64,000 nucleotides of DNA from a virus: positions 2,811 to 66,810 of the IMG/VR virus record IMGVR_UViG_3300034069_001731; one strand, 5' to 3'. Of the stretch, positions 8,758-16,643 are shown piece after piece (positions within the stretch are counted from its first letter, which is position 1; each line of letters begins with the position of its first letter). Under the pieces are notes generated by a model. That model did no database searches and was not told the origin of the DNA. It worked only from the letters and a program-made list of their open reading frames with translations. Made by a program: the position numbers and the translations under genes.

Positions 8758-9438
8758 TCAGGCGCCCGGGTGTTCCCGGAGCTTGCCGAAGAGTCCGACA
8801 GCGACGACGCCGATGGCGCCGAGGGCTGCGGCGATCATGCCAGTCGAGATCTGCACGGCCGGGAAGCGGGTCATCAGGTCGGCCAGGAGCGGGTCCTCGA
8901 TCATCAGGCTGACGGCGACGTAGCCGAGCAGCGCCGCACCGAGCCACACCATCCAGGGGAACTGGTCGACGACGGCCTTGATCACCGCGGCGCCGCCGAT
9001 CACGAACGGGATCGCCAGAACGATGCCGGCGACGAGTAGGGCGTAGTTGCCCTTTGCGAGGGCTGCCACGGCCATCACGTTGTCGAGGCTCATCGATGCG
9101 TCTGCGATCGCGATCGCCGTCACGGCGGCACACAGGGTGCCTGCCGCTGGCTTCTCGTCGTCGTCGCCATCCTCACCGAGGACGAGCTTGGCCGCGATGA
9201 CCAGAAGGGCGATGCCGCCGAGGATGCGCAGGCCGGAGACGCCGAGCAGGAAGGATGCGGCGCCGGCCATGAGCAGGCGGAGCACGATGGCCCCGACCGC
9301 CCCCAGCACCAGGCCGACCCGCTGCTGGGCCGCCGGCAGCGTCCGGCAGACCAGCGCGATCACGACCGCGTTGTCTCCCGACAGCAGCAGGTCGATCCAG
9401 ATGATCCCGATTAGGGAGGCGATCAGGGTCCAGTCCAT
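8758..9438 (-). CDS. terC: TerC-family (YjbE-like) integral membrane protein
   Basis: IDLLLSGDNAVVIAL, GAIVLR and DASMSLDNVMAVA; multiple TM helices. Confidence 0.9.
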   Translation of the reverse strand: MDWTLIASLIGIIWIDLLLSGDNAVVIALVCRTLPAAQQRVGLVLGAVGAIVLRLLMAGAASFLLGVSGLRILGGIALLVIAAKLVLGEDGDDDEKPAAGTLCAAVTAIAIADASMSLDNVMAVAALAKGNYALLVAGIVLAIPFVIGGAAVIKAVVDQFPWMVWLGAALLGYVAVSLMIEDPLLADLMTRFPAVQISTGMIAAALGAIGVVAVGLFGKLREHPGA

Positions 9439-9450
9439 CTCAGCCTCCGA

Positions 9451-9891
9451 TCAGCCGAGGAGCTTGTCGGCGTCGAGGCCGAGCGCGTCCGCGATCTTGT
9501 CGAGGGCGGCCTTCTCCGGGGCGCCGAGGCCGTTGGAGTTGCCGTCCGTGGTGTCGGCGGCGATCAGGAAAATGTCCTGGCGCAGCTCGACCGGGCGGCT
9601 GGCGAGCGCCTCGATGGCGCGGGTGTTCTGGATGCGGCCGGAGCGGGTCTGGGCGCGGTCGAGCGCGGCGGCGACCTCCTCCTCGATCTTGGACGGGGTG
9701 TAGGACCCGGACAGGGTCTTGTTGTTCTTCATGCCGGCGATGGCGGCCTTGACCTCGGCGTCCTCGACCTTGCCGTCGGCGGCGACGACGTTGGCGGCGG
9801 CCGACGCCGCGGCGTGCAGGAAGGTAGCGTCGCCGGAATAGTTGGCGATGGCGCGATCAGCTGCGGCGAAAAGGTTGCGGAACAGACCCAT
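9451..9891 (-). CDS. terB: TerB-family protein
   Basis: AANVVAADGKVEDAE and ADxxDG...EKAALDKIADALG. Confidence 0.8.
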   Translation of the reverse strand: MGLFRNLFAAADRAIANYSGDATFLHAAASAAANVVAADGKVEDAEVKAAIAGMKNNKTLSGSYTPSKIEEEVAAALDRAQTRSGRIQNTRAIEALASRPVELRQDIFLIAADTTDGNSNGLGAPEKAALDKIADALGLDADKLLG

Positions 9892-9932
9892 GGTGATCCC
9901 CTCGAGAGCGTGAAAGTCCTCTCACTAAATGC

Positions 9933-9963
9933 AAAAGCCCACCCGGGTCTCCGGATGGGCTTT
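9933..9963 (-). terminator. Intrinsic terminator between tmRNA region and terB
   Basis: AAAGCCCATCCGG-AGAC-CCGGGTGGGCTTTT hairpin with T run. Confidence 0.7.
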
Positions 9964-9986
9964 CATGCAAATCAGAGATCAGCATC

Positions 9987-10069
9987 CACGCGCCCCGCCC
10001 TATGGGTTGCCTCGTCCCGAGACGGATGTGCGACTGCACGAAGGCTGCAGTCCAAGGGACGAACGCGTG
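9987..10069 (-). ncRNA. Candidate structured RNA element (unknown family)
   Basis: Nested helices CACGCG/CGCGTG, TCGTCCC/GGGACGA and GACTGCA/TGCAGTC in non-coding sequence. Confidence 0.45.
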
Positions 10070-10075
10070 AAACTT

Positions 10076-10440
10076 GGTGGTGAGGAGCCGAAGCTCCCCT
10101 TGTTGTGATACGCGCCCACCGCGCGCCCGGTGCCTCAAGCTGCGAGCAGCTGGCGGTCCGAGGAGAAGTTGTCGTTGACACTTCAGGGTTTAGCTTATTT
10201 CGCGGCCAACCGAGATAACTCGCCTCGACTTCCTGCTCTCGTCAATCCTATTTCGCCCCCATCAGAAGCACACGAGGCCGAATTAACCCCCTCTTGTTGA
10301 AGCCAGTGGCGGGCAACCCTGCCTGGCCCTCATGTGCTCGTGGTGGAGGCGCCGGGGTGCTGCCCCCCGGGTCCGATAAGCATTCCTTCTCGGGTCAACG
10401 TCGTCTGACCCCGATGTAGCAGCCCGCATCGGGGAGCACA
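10076..10440 (-). ncRNA. ssrA: Two-piece (circularly permuted) tmRNA; outer ends approximate
   Basis: Acceptor piece ends GGACCCGGGGGGCAGCACCCCGGCGCCTCCACCA at 10341; 80-nt self-pairing spacer; coding piece starts GGGGGCGAAATAGG at 10260 (G3-U70 pair); tag frame GTC AAC GAC AAC TTC...CTC GCA GCT TGA at 10179-10135. Confidence 0.92.
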
Positions 10441-10456
10441 AGCGCATTTGTGCAAA
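10441..10456 (-). promoter_or_regulatory. Operator-like motif between tmRNA and nadM
   Basis: TTTGC-ACAAAT-GCGCT. Confidence 0.5.
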
Positions 10457-10527
10457 ACAGCGCTTGCGTCGGCATCCTTTTTGGCCGATACGGGTTCCCA
10501 CATTATCACGAATGCGCAGGAGGCTTG

Positions 10528-11613
10528 ATGCCCGCGATCGATGACCAGCGAGACGTCGACATGTGCGTCTTCATCGGGCGGTTCCGGCCGTTCCACAACG
10601 GCCACCTCTTCGTGGTGCGCGAGGCGCTCCGTCAGGCCAAGGTCCTCAAGATCCTGGTCGGATCGGCCAACCAGCCCCGGAGCCTTCGCAACCCCTTCAC
10701 CTTCCACGAGGTGCGGGAGATGATCTTCCGGTCGCTGACGCCCAGCGAGGCCTGCCGGGTCCACATCACGCCTCTTGAGGATGCGGACTATTCCGACGAA
10801 CTCTGGGTGCAGAGCGTGCAGTCGGCCGTGGGCGAAATGGTCCGCGCGCTCTACGGCGACAAGCCATTCCCCCGCGTCTCACTCATCGGCTACGCGAAAG
10901 ATCACACCTCATACTATCTCAAGCTGTTCCCGCAGTGGGCGTCGATCGGGGTGCCGCAGCACAAGACGCTGTCGGCGACGACGTTCCGGGAGGCGCTGTT
11001 CAAGGACTTCGGGCCGGACGGCTCCTTCATGCAGGGCGTAGACACCAGGGACCTGCCAGTCGGCACGTTCGAGTTCCTGACCGAGCAGTTCATCGGTACG
11101 CCGGCTTGGTGCGCGCTGGTCAAGGAGGCGGAAGCCGTCGAGGCCTACAAGGCGCAGTTCGCCGCCCTGCCCTACCCGCCGATCTTCGTGACGGTCGACA
11201 CCGTGGTCATCCAGTCCGGCCACGTCCTGATGATCAAGCGCGGCAAGAACCCGGGCGCCGGTCTCTGGGCGCTTCCCGGCGGCTACCTCAACGCCGACGA
11301 GCCCATTTCGGCCGGCTGGGTGCGGGAACTCGAAGAGGAGACCGGTCTCGTCTCGACCATCGGGGAACGCGCGGTGCGCGGATCACACGTCGCCACCAGC
11401 GTCTTCGACAACCCGCACCGCGATGACCGCGGTCGCATGATCACCCACGCGCACCTCGTCCACCTGCCACCCGGCCAGCTGCCGGCGGTCAAAGGCATGG
11501 ACGACGCGGTCGACGCGACGTGGATCCCTCTCGCTGCGCTCGACCGCCGCACGATCTTCGCCGATCATTACAGCATAATTCGCTCAATGGTAGCAAAGTC
11601 CCTCCAGTTCTGA
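10528..11613 (+). CDS. nadM: Bifunctional NMN adenylyltransferase / ADP-ribose pyrophosphatase (NadM-Nudix, NatV-like)
   Basis: GRFRPFHNGH (HxGH), GSAN, RNPF, LSAT and an intact Nudix box GYLNADEPISAGWVRELEEETGL. Confidence 0.93.
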   Translation: MPAIDDQRDVDMCVFIGRFRPFHNGHLFVVREALRQAKVLKILVGSANQPRSLRNPFTFHEVREMIFRSLTPSEACRVHITPLEDADYSDELWVQSVQSAVGEMVRALYGDKPFPRVSLIGYAKDHTSYYLKLFPQWASIGVPQHKTLSATTFREALFKDFGPDGSFMQGVDTRDLPVGTFEFLTEQFIGTPAWCALVKEAEAVEAYKAQFAALPYPPIFVTVDTVVIQSGHVLMIKRGKNPGAGLWALPGGYLNADEPISAGWVRELEEETGLVSTIGERAVRGSHVATSVFDNPHRDDRGRMITHAHLVHLPPGQLPAVKGMDDAVDATWIPLAALDRRTIFADHYSIIRSMVAKSLQF

Positions 11614-11623
11614 AGGCACACCT

Positions 11624-13261
11624 ATGTCGCACAACGGACTCACCACCGATCAGGCCAAGGCCGTCTGGGGCCCCGGCGAGCCCTCCTTCGAGCGCCACTC
11701 CGAGCGCTTCGAGCAGGTGAAGGCGGAGCGCAACGACGACACCACCATCGCCCTCGCCTGCGAGAAGCAGCGACTGAAGTTCCAGCAGGACAGCATCCGG
11801 CCGTCGCACGGGCTCGACACCTACGTCGCCGCGAAGCACGCCCCGGTCGCCCTGCTCCGCCACACCCTGGGCTTCAACAACCCGCTGCTCGACGTCGACA
11901 GCTACAAGGTCAGCCACAGCTACCAGTACCCGCCCGGCACCGAGCAGGTCTACAGCTACATCGAGTCTCGAGGCGGCGAGTTCGACAGCACGTTGTTCTT
12001 CGGCCTGCAGGTCTACCTGAAGCGCTGGCTCGCGAAGCCGATCAACCACGCCCAGATCCAGGAAGCCTCGGACTTCTACGAGGCGCACGGCGAGCCGTTC
12101 GACCGGACCATGTGGGATCACATCCTGGAGGCCCACGACGGCTTCCTGCCGATCGAGATCCGCGCCCTGCCCGAGGGCATCGTCGTCCCCGTCGGGACGG
12201 TGCTGGTGACGGTCACCAACACGGATTCGAAGTGCGCCGCCCTGGTCAGCTTTCTCGAGACGGCGCTGCTGCGCGCGGTCTGGTACCCGACCACGATCGC
12301 GACGCTGTCGCGGGAATGCAAGGTGCTGCTGAAGCGCGCCTTCGACCGCACGTCGGACGATCCCGCCGGCCTCGCGTTCAAGCTGCACGACTTCGGCGCC
12401 CGCGGCGTCTCCAGCCAGGAGTCTGCGGCGCTCGGCGGCATGGCCCACCTCATCAACTTCATGGGGTCCGACACCGTGTCCGGCATCCTCGCCGCGAACG
12501 AATACTACGGCGAGGCGATGGCCGGCTTCTCGATCCCGGCGTCGGAGCACTCCACCATCACGTCGTGGGGTCGCGACCACGAGGTCGATGCCTACCGGAA
12601 CATGCTGCAGATGTTCGGCGGCGGCCAGCTCGTGGCCAACGTGTCCGACAGCTACGACATCGACTACGCCGTGAGCGAGATTTTCGGCAAGGAGCTGCGC
12701 CAGGAGATCCTCGACATGGAGGCGACTCTGGTGGTGCGCCCCGACTCCGGCGACCCGGTCACGACTCCGATCCGTGTCGTCAAGATGCTCGACCACGCCT
12801 TCGGCCACACCGTGAACAGCAAGGGCTACAAGGTCCTGAACCCGAAGGTACGGGTGCTGCAGGGCGACGGCATCACCCTGTCGACGATCGGCCGCATCAT
12901 CTACTCGCTGACGGAACTCGAGGGCTACTCCATCGACAACCTCAGCTTCGGCATGGGCGGCGGCCTGCTCCAGCAGGTCAACCGGGACACGCAGAAGTTC
13001 GCGATGAAGTGCTCAGCGGTGAAGGTGGATGGCGTCTGGCGCGACGTCTACAAGGCCCCGGCCGGCCAGCCCGACAAGCGGTCCAAGCGCGGCCGGTTCC
13101 AGGTGGTCTCGAACGGCGCCCGCGGCTGGGATGTCGTGGCGGCCGACGACACCACGATCAACAAGGGCATGCTTCAGCCGGTCTGGTGCGACGGCAAGCT
13201 GAAGGCCGACGTCACCTTCAAGTTCGTCCGCGCCATGGCCGCGTCGTCCTTCAACGGCTGA
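11624..13261 (+). CDS. nadV: Nicotinamide phosphoribosyltransferase (NAMPT/NadV) with about 84-aa N-terminal extension
   Basis: LDVDSYK, YIESRGG, ETALLRAVWYPTT, LHDFGARG, SIPASEHS, VSDSYD, VRPDSGDP and QGDG. Confidence 0.95.
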   Translation: MSHNGLTTDQAKAVWGPGEPSFERHSERFEQVKAERNDDTTIALACEKQRLKFQQDSIRPSHGLDTYVAAKHAPVALLRHTLGFNNPLLDVDSYKVSHSYQYPPGTEQVYSYIESRGGEFDSTLFFGLQVYLKRWLAKPINHAQIQEASDFYEAHGEPFDRTMWDHILEAHDGFLPIEIRALPEGIVVPVGTVLVTVTNTDSKCAALVSFLETALLRAVWYPTTIATLSRECKVLLKRAFDRTSDDPAGLAFKLHDFGARGVSSQESAALGGMAHLINFMGSDTVSGILAANEYYGEAMAGFSIPASEHSTITSWGRDHEVDAYRNMLQMFGGGQLVANVSDSYDIDYAVSEIFGKELRQEILDMEATLVVRPDSGDPVTTPIRVVKMLDHAFGHTVNSKGYKVLNPKVRVLQGDGITLSTIGRIIYSLTELEGYSIDNLSFGMGGGLLQQVNRDTQKFAMKCSAVKVDGVWRDVYKAPAGQPDKRSKRGRFQVVSNGARGWDVVAADDTTINKGMLQPVWCDGKLKADVTFKFVRAMAASSFNG

Positions 13262-13281
13262 CTGACGACCCGAACGTGGTG

Positions 13282-13309
13282 AAGGCCGGGTCCTCGCGGA
13301 TCCGGCCTT
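13282..13309. terminator. Bidirectional hairpin terminator, copy 1 of an identical 28-bp repeat
   Basis: AAGGCCGGGTCCTCGCGGATCCGGCCTT. Confidence 0.75.
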
Positions 13310-13394
13310 TGAACGTTTGGTTTGCTATGTCGAGTAGCCCGATCTTAAGCTGCCACACACATTCTGCCGCCCACAAAGACGGAGGTCGGCTGAG

Positions 13395-13592
13395 ATGACG
13401 CGCAATATGTGGATCGCCTTCGGCATCGCCGGGCTGCTGCTGGTCGGCTACAAGGCAACGTCGGGCCCTCAGAGCTACGAGGAATGCATGCTCGACACCT
13501 GGAAGAAGCAGAACATGAAGGCCATGGGCGCTGCCTATGTCATCATGGATGATCGGATCTCAACGATCTGTCGGTCGAAGTTCCCCTTATGA
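13395..13592 (+). CDS. Small membrane-anchored hypothetical protein
   Basis: GGAGG RBS; N-terminal hydrophobic segment; two Cys; flanked by the 28-bp repeats. Confidence 0.65.
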   Translation: MTRNMWIAFGIAGLLLVGYKATSGPQSYEECMLDTWKKQNMKAMGAAYVIMDDRISTICRSKFPL

Positions 13593-13594
13593 GA

Positions 13595-13622
13595 AAGGCC
13601 GGGTCCTCGCGGATCCGGCCTT
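13595..13622. terminator. Bidirectional hairpin terminator, copy 2, at the convergence of + and - transcription
   Basis: Identical to 13282-13309. Confidence 0.75.
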
Positions 13623-13663
13623 CTCTTTGAGCTTATCGAGCTTTGCGAGTTTATCGGCCGGCT

Positions 13664-14290
13664 TCAGGCCGCCGCGGACAGCCTCCGGAAGCCGGCGCGC
13701 TGCATGACGATATCGACCTCGTCGTAGAGCTTCTGCAGCGTGCCGTCGTTGACCACCACGTACTCGGCGACCACGAGATCGGTGCGCTCCGACGGGTGGG
13801 CGCCCCACAGCAGGCCGGTGAGGCGGTACAAGGTGCGACCCCACCACTTCGTGAAGCTCGCCGGCCCGACGCCGGGGCGCTCGATGTGGATGACGAAGCC
13901 GCCGAGGTCTTGAATCACGTCCCGCTCGTTGGGGAACCGGACGGAGTCGTTGATCGCGATGTCTTCCGAGGATGCCACGGCGTGCTTCCAGGCGCCGGTC
14001 CACAGCGTGTCCGACACCTTCTGGCGGCCCCACTCGGTGCCGAGCGTGATCTGCAGCTGGCGCGGCGTCTTGCCGAACTCGGGGACCACAGTCTCCTTCA
14101 GCTTGCCCTCGAGGTAGACCGCCGTGGTGGCGTCGTCGATGCCGTAGGCGGCGAAGAGCGGCCGCAGCATGGCTCGGAGCGGCTCCGCGATGTGCCGGCG
14201 CCTGAAGCCATATGCTCGCTCCAGATAGGTCGCCACGGCGGATTTGCCGGATCCGGCGAACCCGGACAGCCCGATCGCTTTGGTGTTCAT
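13664..14290 (-). CDS. Deoxynucleotide monophosphate kinase (T4 gp1-like)
   Basis: P-loop GFAGSGKS, AEPLR, TPRQLQITLGTEWGR and DSVRFPNE. Confidence 0.9.
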   Translation of the reverse strand: MNTKAIGLSGFAGSGKSAVATYLERAYGFRRRHIAEPLRAMLRPLFAAYGIDDATTAVYLEGKLKETVVPEFGKTPRQLQITLGTEWGRQKVSDTLWTGAWKHAVASSEDIAINDSVRFPNERDVIQDLGGFVIHIERPGVGPASFTKWWGRTLYRLTGLLWGAHPSERTDLVVAEYVVVNDGTLQKLYDEVDIVMQRAGFRRLSAAA

Positions 14291-14294
14291 GGTG

Positions 14295-14759
14295 TCAGCC
14301 TGCGAGAAGAGAGATGGTGTGGTCGAGCGCTTCGCCGAGCGTCGAGAACCGCCAGCCGGCGATCTGATCGACGAGCGCGTGTTCGTGCGGATTGCTGCCG
14401 TCGCCCTCCATGACGACGATGACCGGCCGACGGGCGGCGTCGGCCCATGCCATCTCAGCGACGGTGCCGATCGAGACGGCTGTGGCGCCGTGGAGGTTGA
14501 CGACGAGGGCGTCGGAGGTGGAGGCGTCGAGGCGGTTCTGGGTCACCACGGACTTCGGGGTGATGGTCGGCCTCAGGGCGGACTCGGCTTCCAGTGTCTT
14601 GGAGAACCTCTTGTCGGCCGGCATGAACAGGGTGTCGCGCAGCGGCGAGATCCCGCGGATGCCGTGTTCTGACAGCCGCTGCTTCGCCCAGAGGCGCCAC
14701 ATCGTGGCTTGCTTCAACGTCAGCCCGGCGATAGGCCCGGCGAGATAGACCGACTTCAT
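14295..14759 (-). CDS. Nucleoside 2-deoxyribosyltransferase-like protein
   Basis: VYLAGPI, ISPL, SDALVVNL and SIGTVAEMAWA. Confidence 0.8.
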   Translation of the reverse strand: MKSVYLAGPIAGLTLKQATMWRLWAKQRLSEHGIRGISPLRDTLFMPADKRFSKTLEAESALRPTITPKSVVTQNRLDASTSDALVVNLHGATAVSIGTVAEMAWADAARRPVIVVMEGDGSNPHEHALVDQIAGWRFSTLGEALDHTISLLAG

Positions 14760-14789
14760 GGACGAACCTCGTGTGGGTTCGACCTAGCA

Positions 14790-14805
14790 TTTGCATTCGT
14801 GAAAA
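14790..14805 (-). promoter_or_regulatory. Operator-like motif upstream of the NDT-like gene
   Basis: TTTTC-ACGAAT-GCAAA. Confidence 0.55.
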
Positions 14806-14820
14806 GCAATGCGCGAATGC

Positions 14821-15378
14821 TCAGCCGTCCTTGGGCGGCAGGGCGGCCTGCGCGGGCTCCGCGAAGTGATAGGGCGTCGGCTGTGTCGGCCGGCCATCGC
14901 CGGCGGTGCCCGGGTGTCCGGTTCCCTTGCCGGCGCCCTGCCCGTCCTGGCCGCCCTCCTTCATCGAGAAGCCGAACTTCTCACCGCCGTGCGTCTTGGC
15001 GTGCTGCTCCTGGGCGCGCTTCAGGGCGTCCATGAGGTCTTGGCTTGCCGGGAAGCTGTAGAGGCGCGGCTCCGCGCCCTTGCCCTCCTGCAACGTCAGC
15101 ACGACCCGCCCGTCGCCGAACGGCGTCGCCGACAGAACCACGGCGCCGTCACCCTTGAGATCGGGCCGGCTCCAGCCTGGGATGATGCCGACCGGCTTCG
15201 CAGATCCGGTCACGGCGTCGAGCCCGACGTAGGCGACCATGAGGCTCAGGGCCACGGTGAGCGGCGTCACGAAGCGCCAGCGCGACGGCGACCGAGCCGC
15301 GATAGCCGCGGTGGACAGCGTCGTCAGGGCGAAGGCGCCGCTGAGCAGGAAGAAGGTGTCGGGCGCCATGGCGATCAC
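14821..15378 (-). CDS. Membrane protein, third gene of the MotA/ExbB-like module
   Basis: Two N-terminal TM segments; GTG start overlaps the upstream TGA. Confidence 0.7.
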   Translation of the reverse strand: MIAMAPDTFFLLSGAFALTTLSTAAIAARSPSRWRFVTPLTVALSLMVAYVGLDAVTGSAKPVGIIPGWSRPDLKGDGAVVLSATPFGDGRVVLTLQEGKGAEPRLYSFPASQDLMDALKRAQEQHAKTHGGEKFGFSMKEGGQDGQGAGKGTGHPGTAGDGRPTQPTPYHFAEPAQAALPPKDG

Positions 15379-15971
15379 TGCATCATGGAGGACAGGAGGT
15401 GGTTCACGCTCGACGGCACGAGCTTGCCGGTGTCGTCGAGCCGGAAGTCGACCATCGTGGTCTCGTCACCGGCGTGCAGCACCGTGCTGCCCCTGATCGG
15501 TGCGATCACGGGATCGGCCTGGGGCCAGGCGACCTCGATCGAAACCGGAGCGTCCGGTGAGGATCCGTCGGCGACGTGGGAGCCGTAGTAGACGGCGTTG
15601 AACGTCCAGGCACCCGGGGTCAGGGAACGGGAGCAGATCGTCTCGAAGTGGTGGCTCGTGGTGTCGCCGTCATTGCCCATGTCGTCGCGCAGCAGATCCA
15701 TGTCCTTGCCCGACTTGTGCTTGTAGAAGACCACCTCGCCGGCCGGGTTGCGCGCCCAGAGGTCGAGGTCGACGTCGAGGGCATCGGGCCACTGCAGCGT
15801 CGCACACATCCGCCCCGGGTTGATGCCGGCCTGGCCGGCCGTCTCAGCCTTCAGGTGCGGCAGCATCGCCTGCAGCGCGAACATGGCGGCGAAGATGAAC
15901 ATGGCGTTGAAGAGGGTGTCGACGAACGCGATCCACGTCCCCTCGGCATCATCGTCGTTGAACAGCACCAT
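15375..15971 (-). CDS. MotB/ExbD-like single-TM protein with YfaP/DUF2135-like periplasmic domain
   Basis: TWIAFVDTLFNAMF TM segment with an intramembrane Asp; LQWPDALDVDLDLW motif; TAATG overlap with the upstream gene. Confidence 0.65.
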   Translation of the reverse strand: MVLFNDDDAEGTWIAFVDTLFNAMFIFAAMFALQAMLPHLKAETAGQAGINPGRMCATLQWPDALDVDLDLWARNPAGEVVFYKHKSGKDMDLLRDDMGNDGDTTSHHFETICSRSLTPGAWTFNAVYYGSHVADGSSPDAPVSIEVAWPQADPVIAPIRGSTVLHAGDETTMVDFRLDDTGKLVPSSVNHLLSSMMQ

Positions 15972-16594
15972 TAGAACGTCCCCCGATCGGAGCCGAGCGC
16001 GACGATGGATTGCAGCTCGCGGTCCGTGAGGTCTCCGGCCTTTCGCACGGGCGTCGCCGACCAGGCGCCACCGACGTCCTGCGTCATCAGCACGGAGTCG
16101 AGCCGCGCGAGCCGGCGCACCGACCAGCCCTGGATGAACACCATGATCTCGACCCAGAGCTTCGCGACGATGCCGACCAGTGTCGCGTTGAAGGCGGTCT
16201 TCATCGACGCCTTCATGGCGTTCAGCGTCGCCGTGATCCCGTCGGCGTTGGCAACGGAGCTGTCGGCCGCCATGTGGCTGACGAAGATCGACAGCCCGAC
16301 CAGCGTCCCGCAGAGGCCGAGGTAGAGGAAGACCTTGGCCTTGAGAAAGTTCGGGAAGGCCATGGCGGCCTCGATGGCGTGCTCGTCGTGCTGGTCCATC
16401 CGGTCGAACCGGTAGGTCTGCCACGTCGCATAGACGATGACCCCGACCAGCAGGGCGGCCGACACCCAGGTCAGCCGGCTGGCGTCCTCGACGAAGATGT
16501 TCTGGACGAGACCGAAGGCCCAGGCCATGCCGAGCGCGCCGAGGGCTGCCGTGTTGAACAGGGCGAGGTACAGGGACGTGATGTAGCGCGGCAT
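15971..16594 (-). CDS. MotA/TolQ/ExbB proton-channel family protein
   Basis: LGLCGTLVGL and TAFNATLVGI TM motifs; four predicted TM segments. Confidence 0.8.
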   Translation of the reverse strand: MPRYITSLYLALFNTAALGALGMAWAFGLVQNIFVEDASRLTWVSAALLVGVIVYATWQTYRFDRMDQHDEHAIEAAMAFPNFLKAKVFLYLGLCGTLVGLSIFVSHMAADSSVANADGITATLNAMKASMKTAFNATLVGIVAKLWVEIMVFIQGWSVRRLARLDSVLMTQDVGGAWSATPVRKAGDLTDRELQSIVALGSDRGTF

Positions 16595-16620
16595 TGGATC
16601 TTCCTCAGGGTCTCGAGGTA

Positions 16621-16636
16621 TTTGCATTCGTGCGCA
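16621..16636 (-). promoter_or_regulatory. Operator-like motif upstream of the MotA/ExbB-like gene
   Basis: TGCGC-ACGAAT-GCAAA. Confidence 0.55.
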
Positions 16637-16643
16637 GGTCGGG

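Noticed and set aside
9987-10103. yybP-ykoY Mn2+ riboswitch upstream of terB/terC
   Set aside because: AAGGGGAG is present, but it is not followed by UAGC, it belongs to the tmRNA 3' UUCG hairpin, and the GAGAC/CAAGAC partner motif is absent
14821-16594. Zorya (ZorAB) defence system
   Set aside because: No OmpA-like domain in gene B, no long ZorA tail, and no ZorC/D/E neighbours
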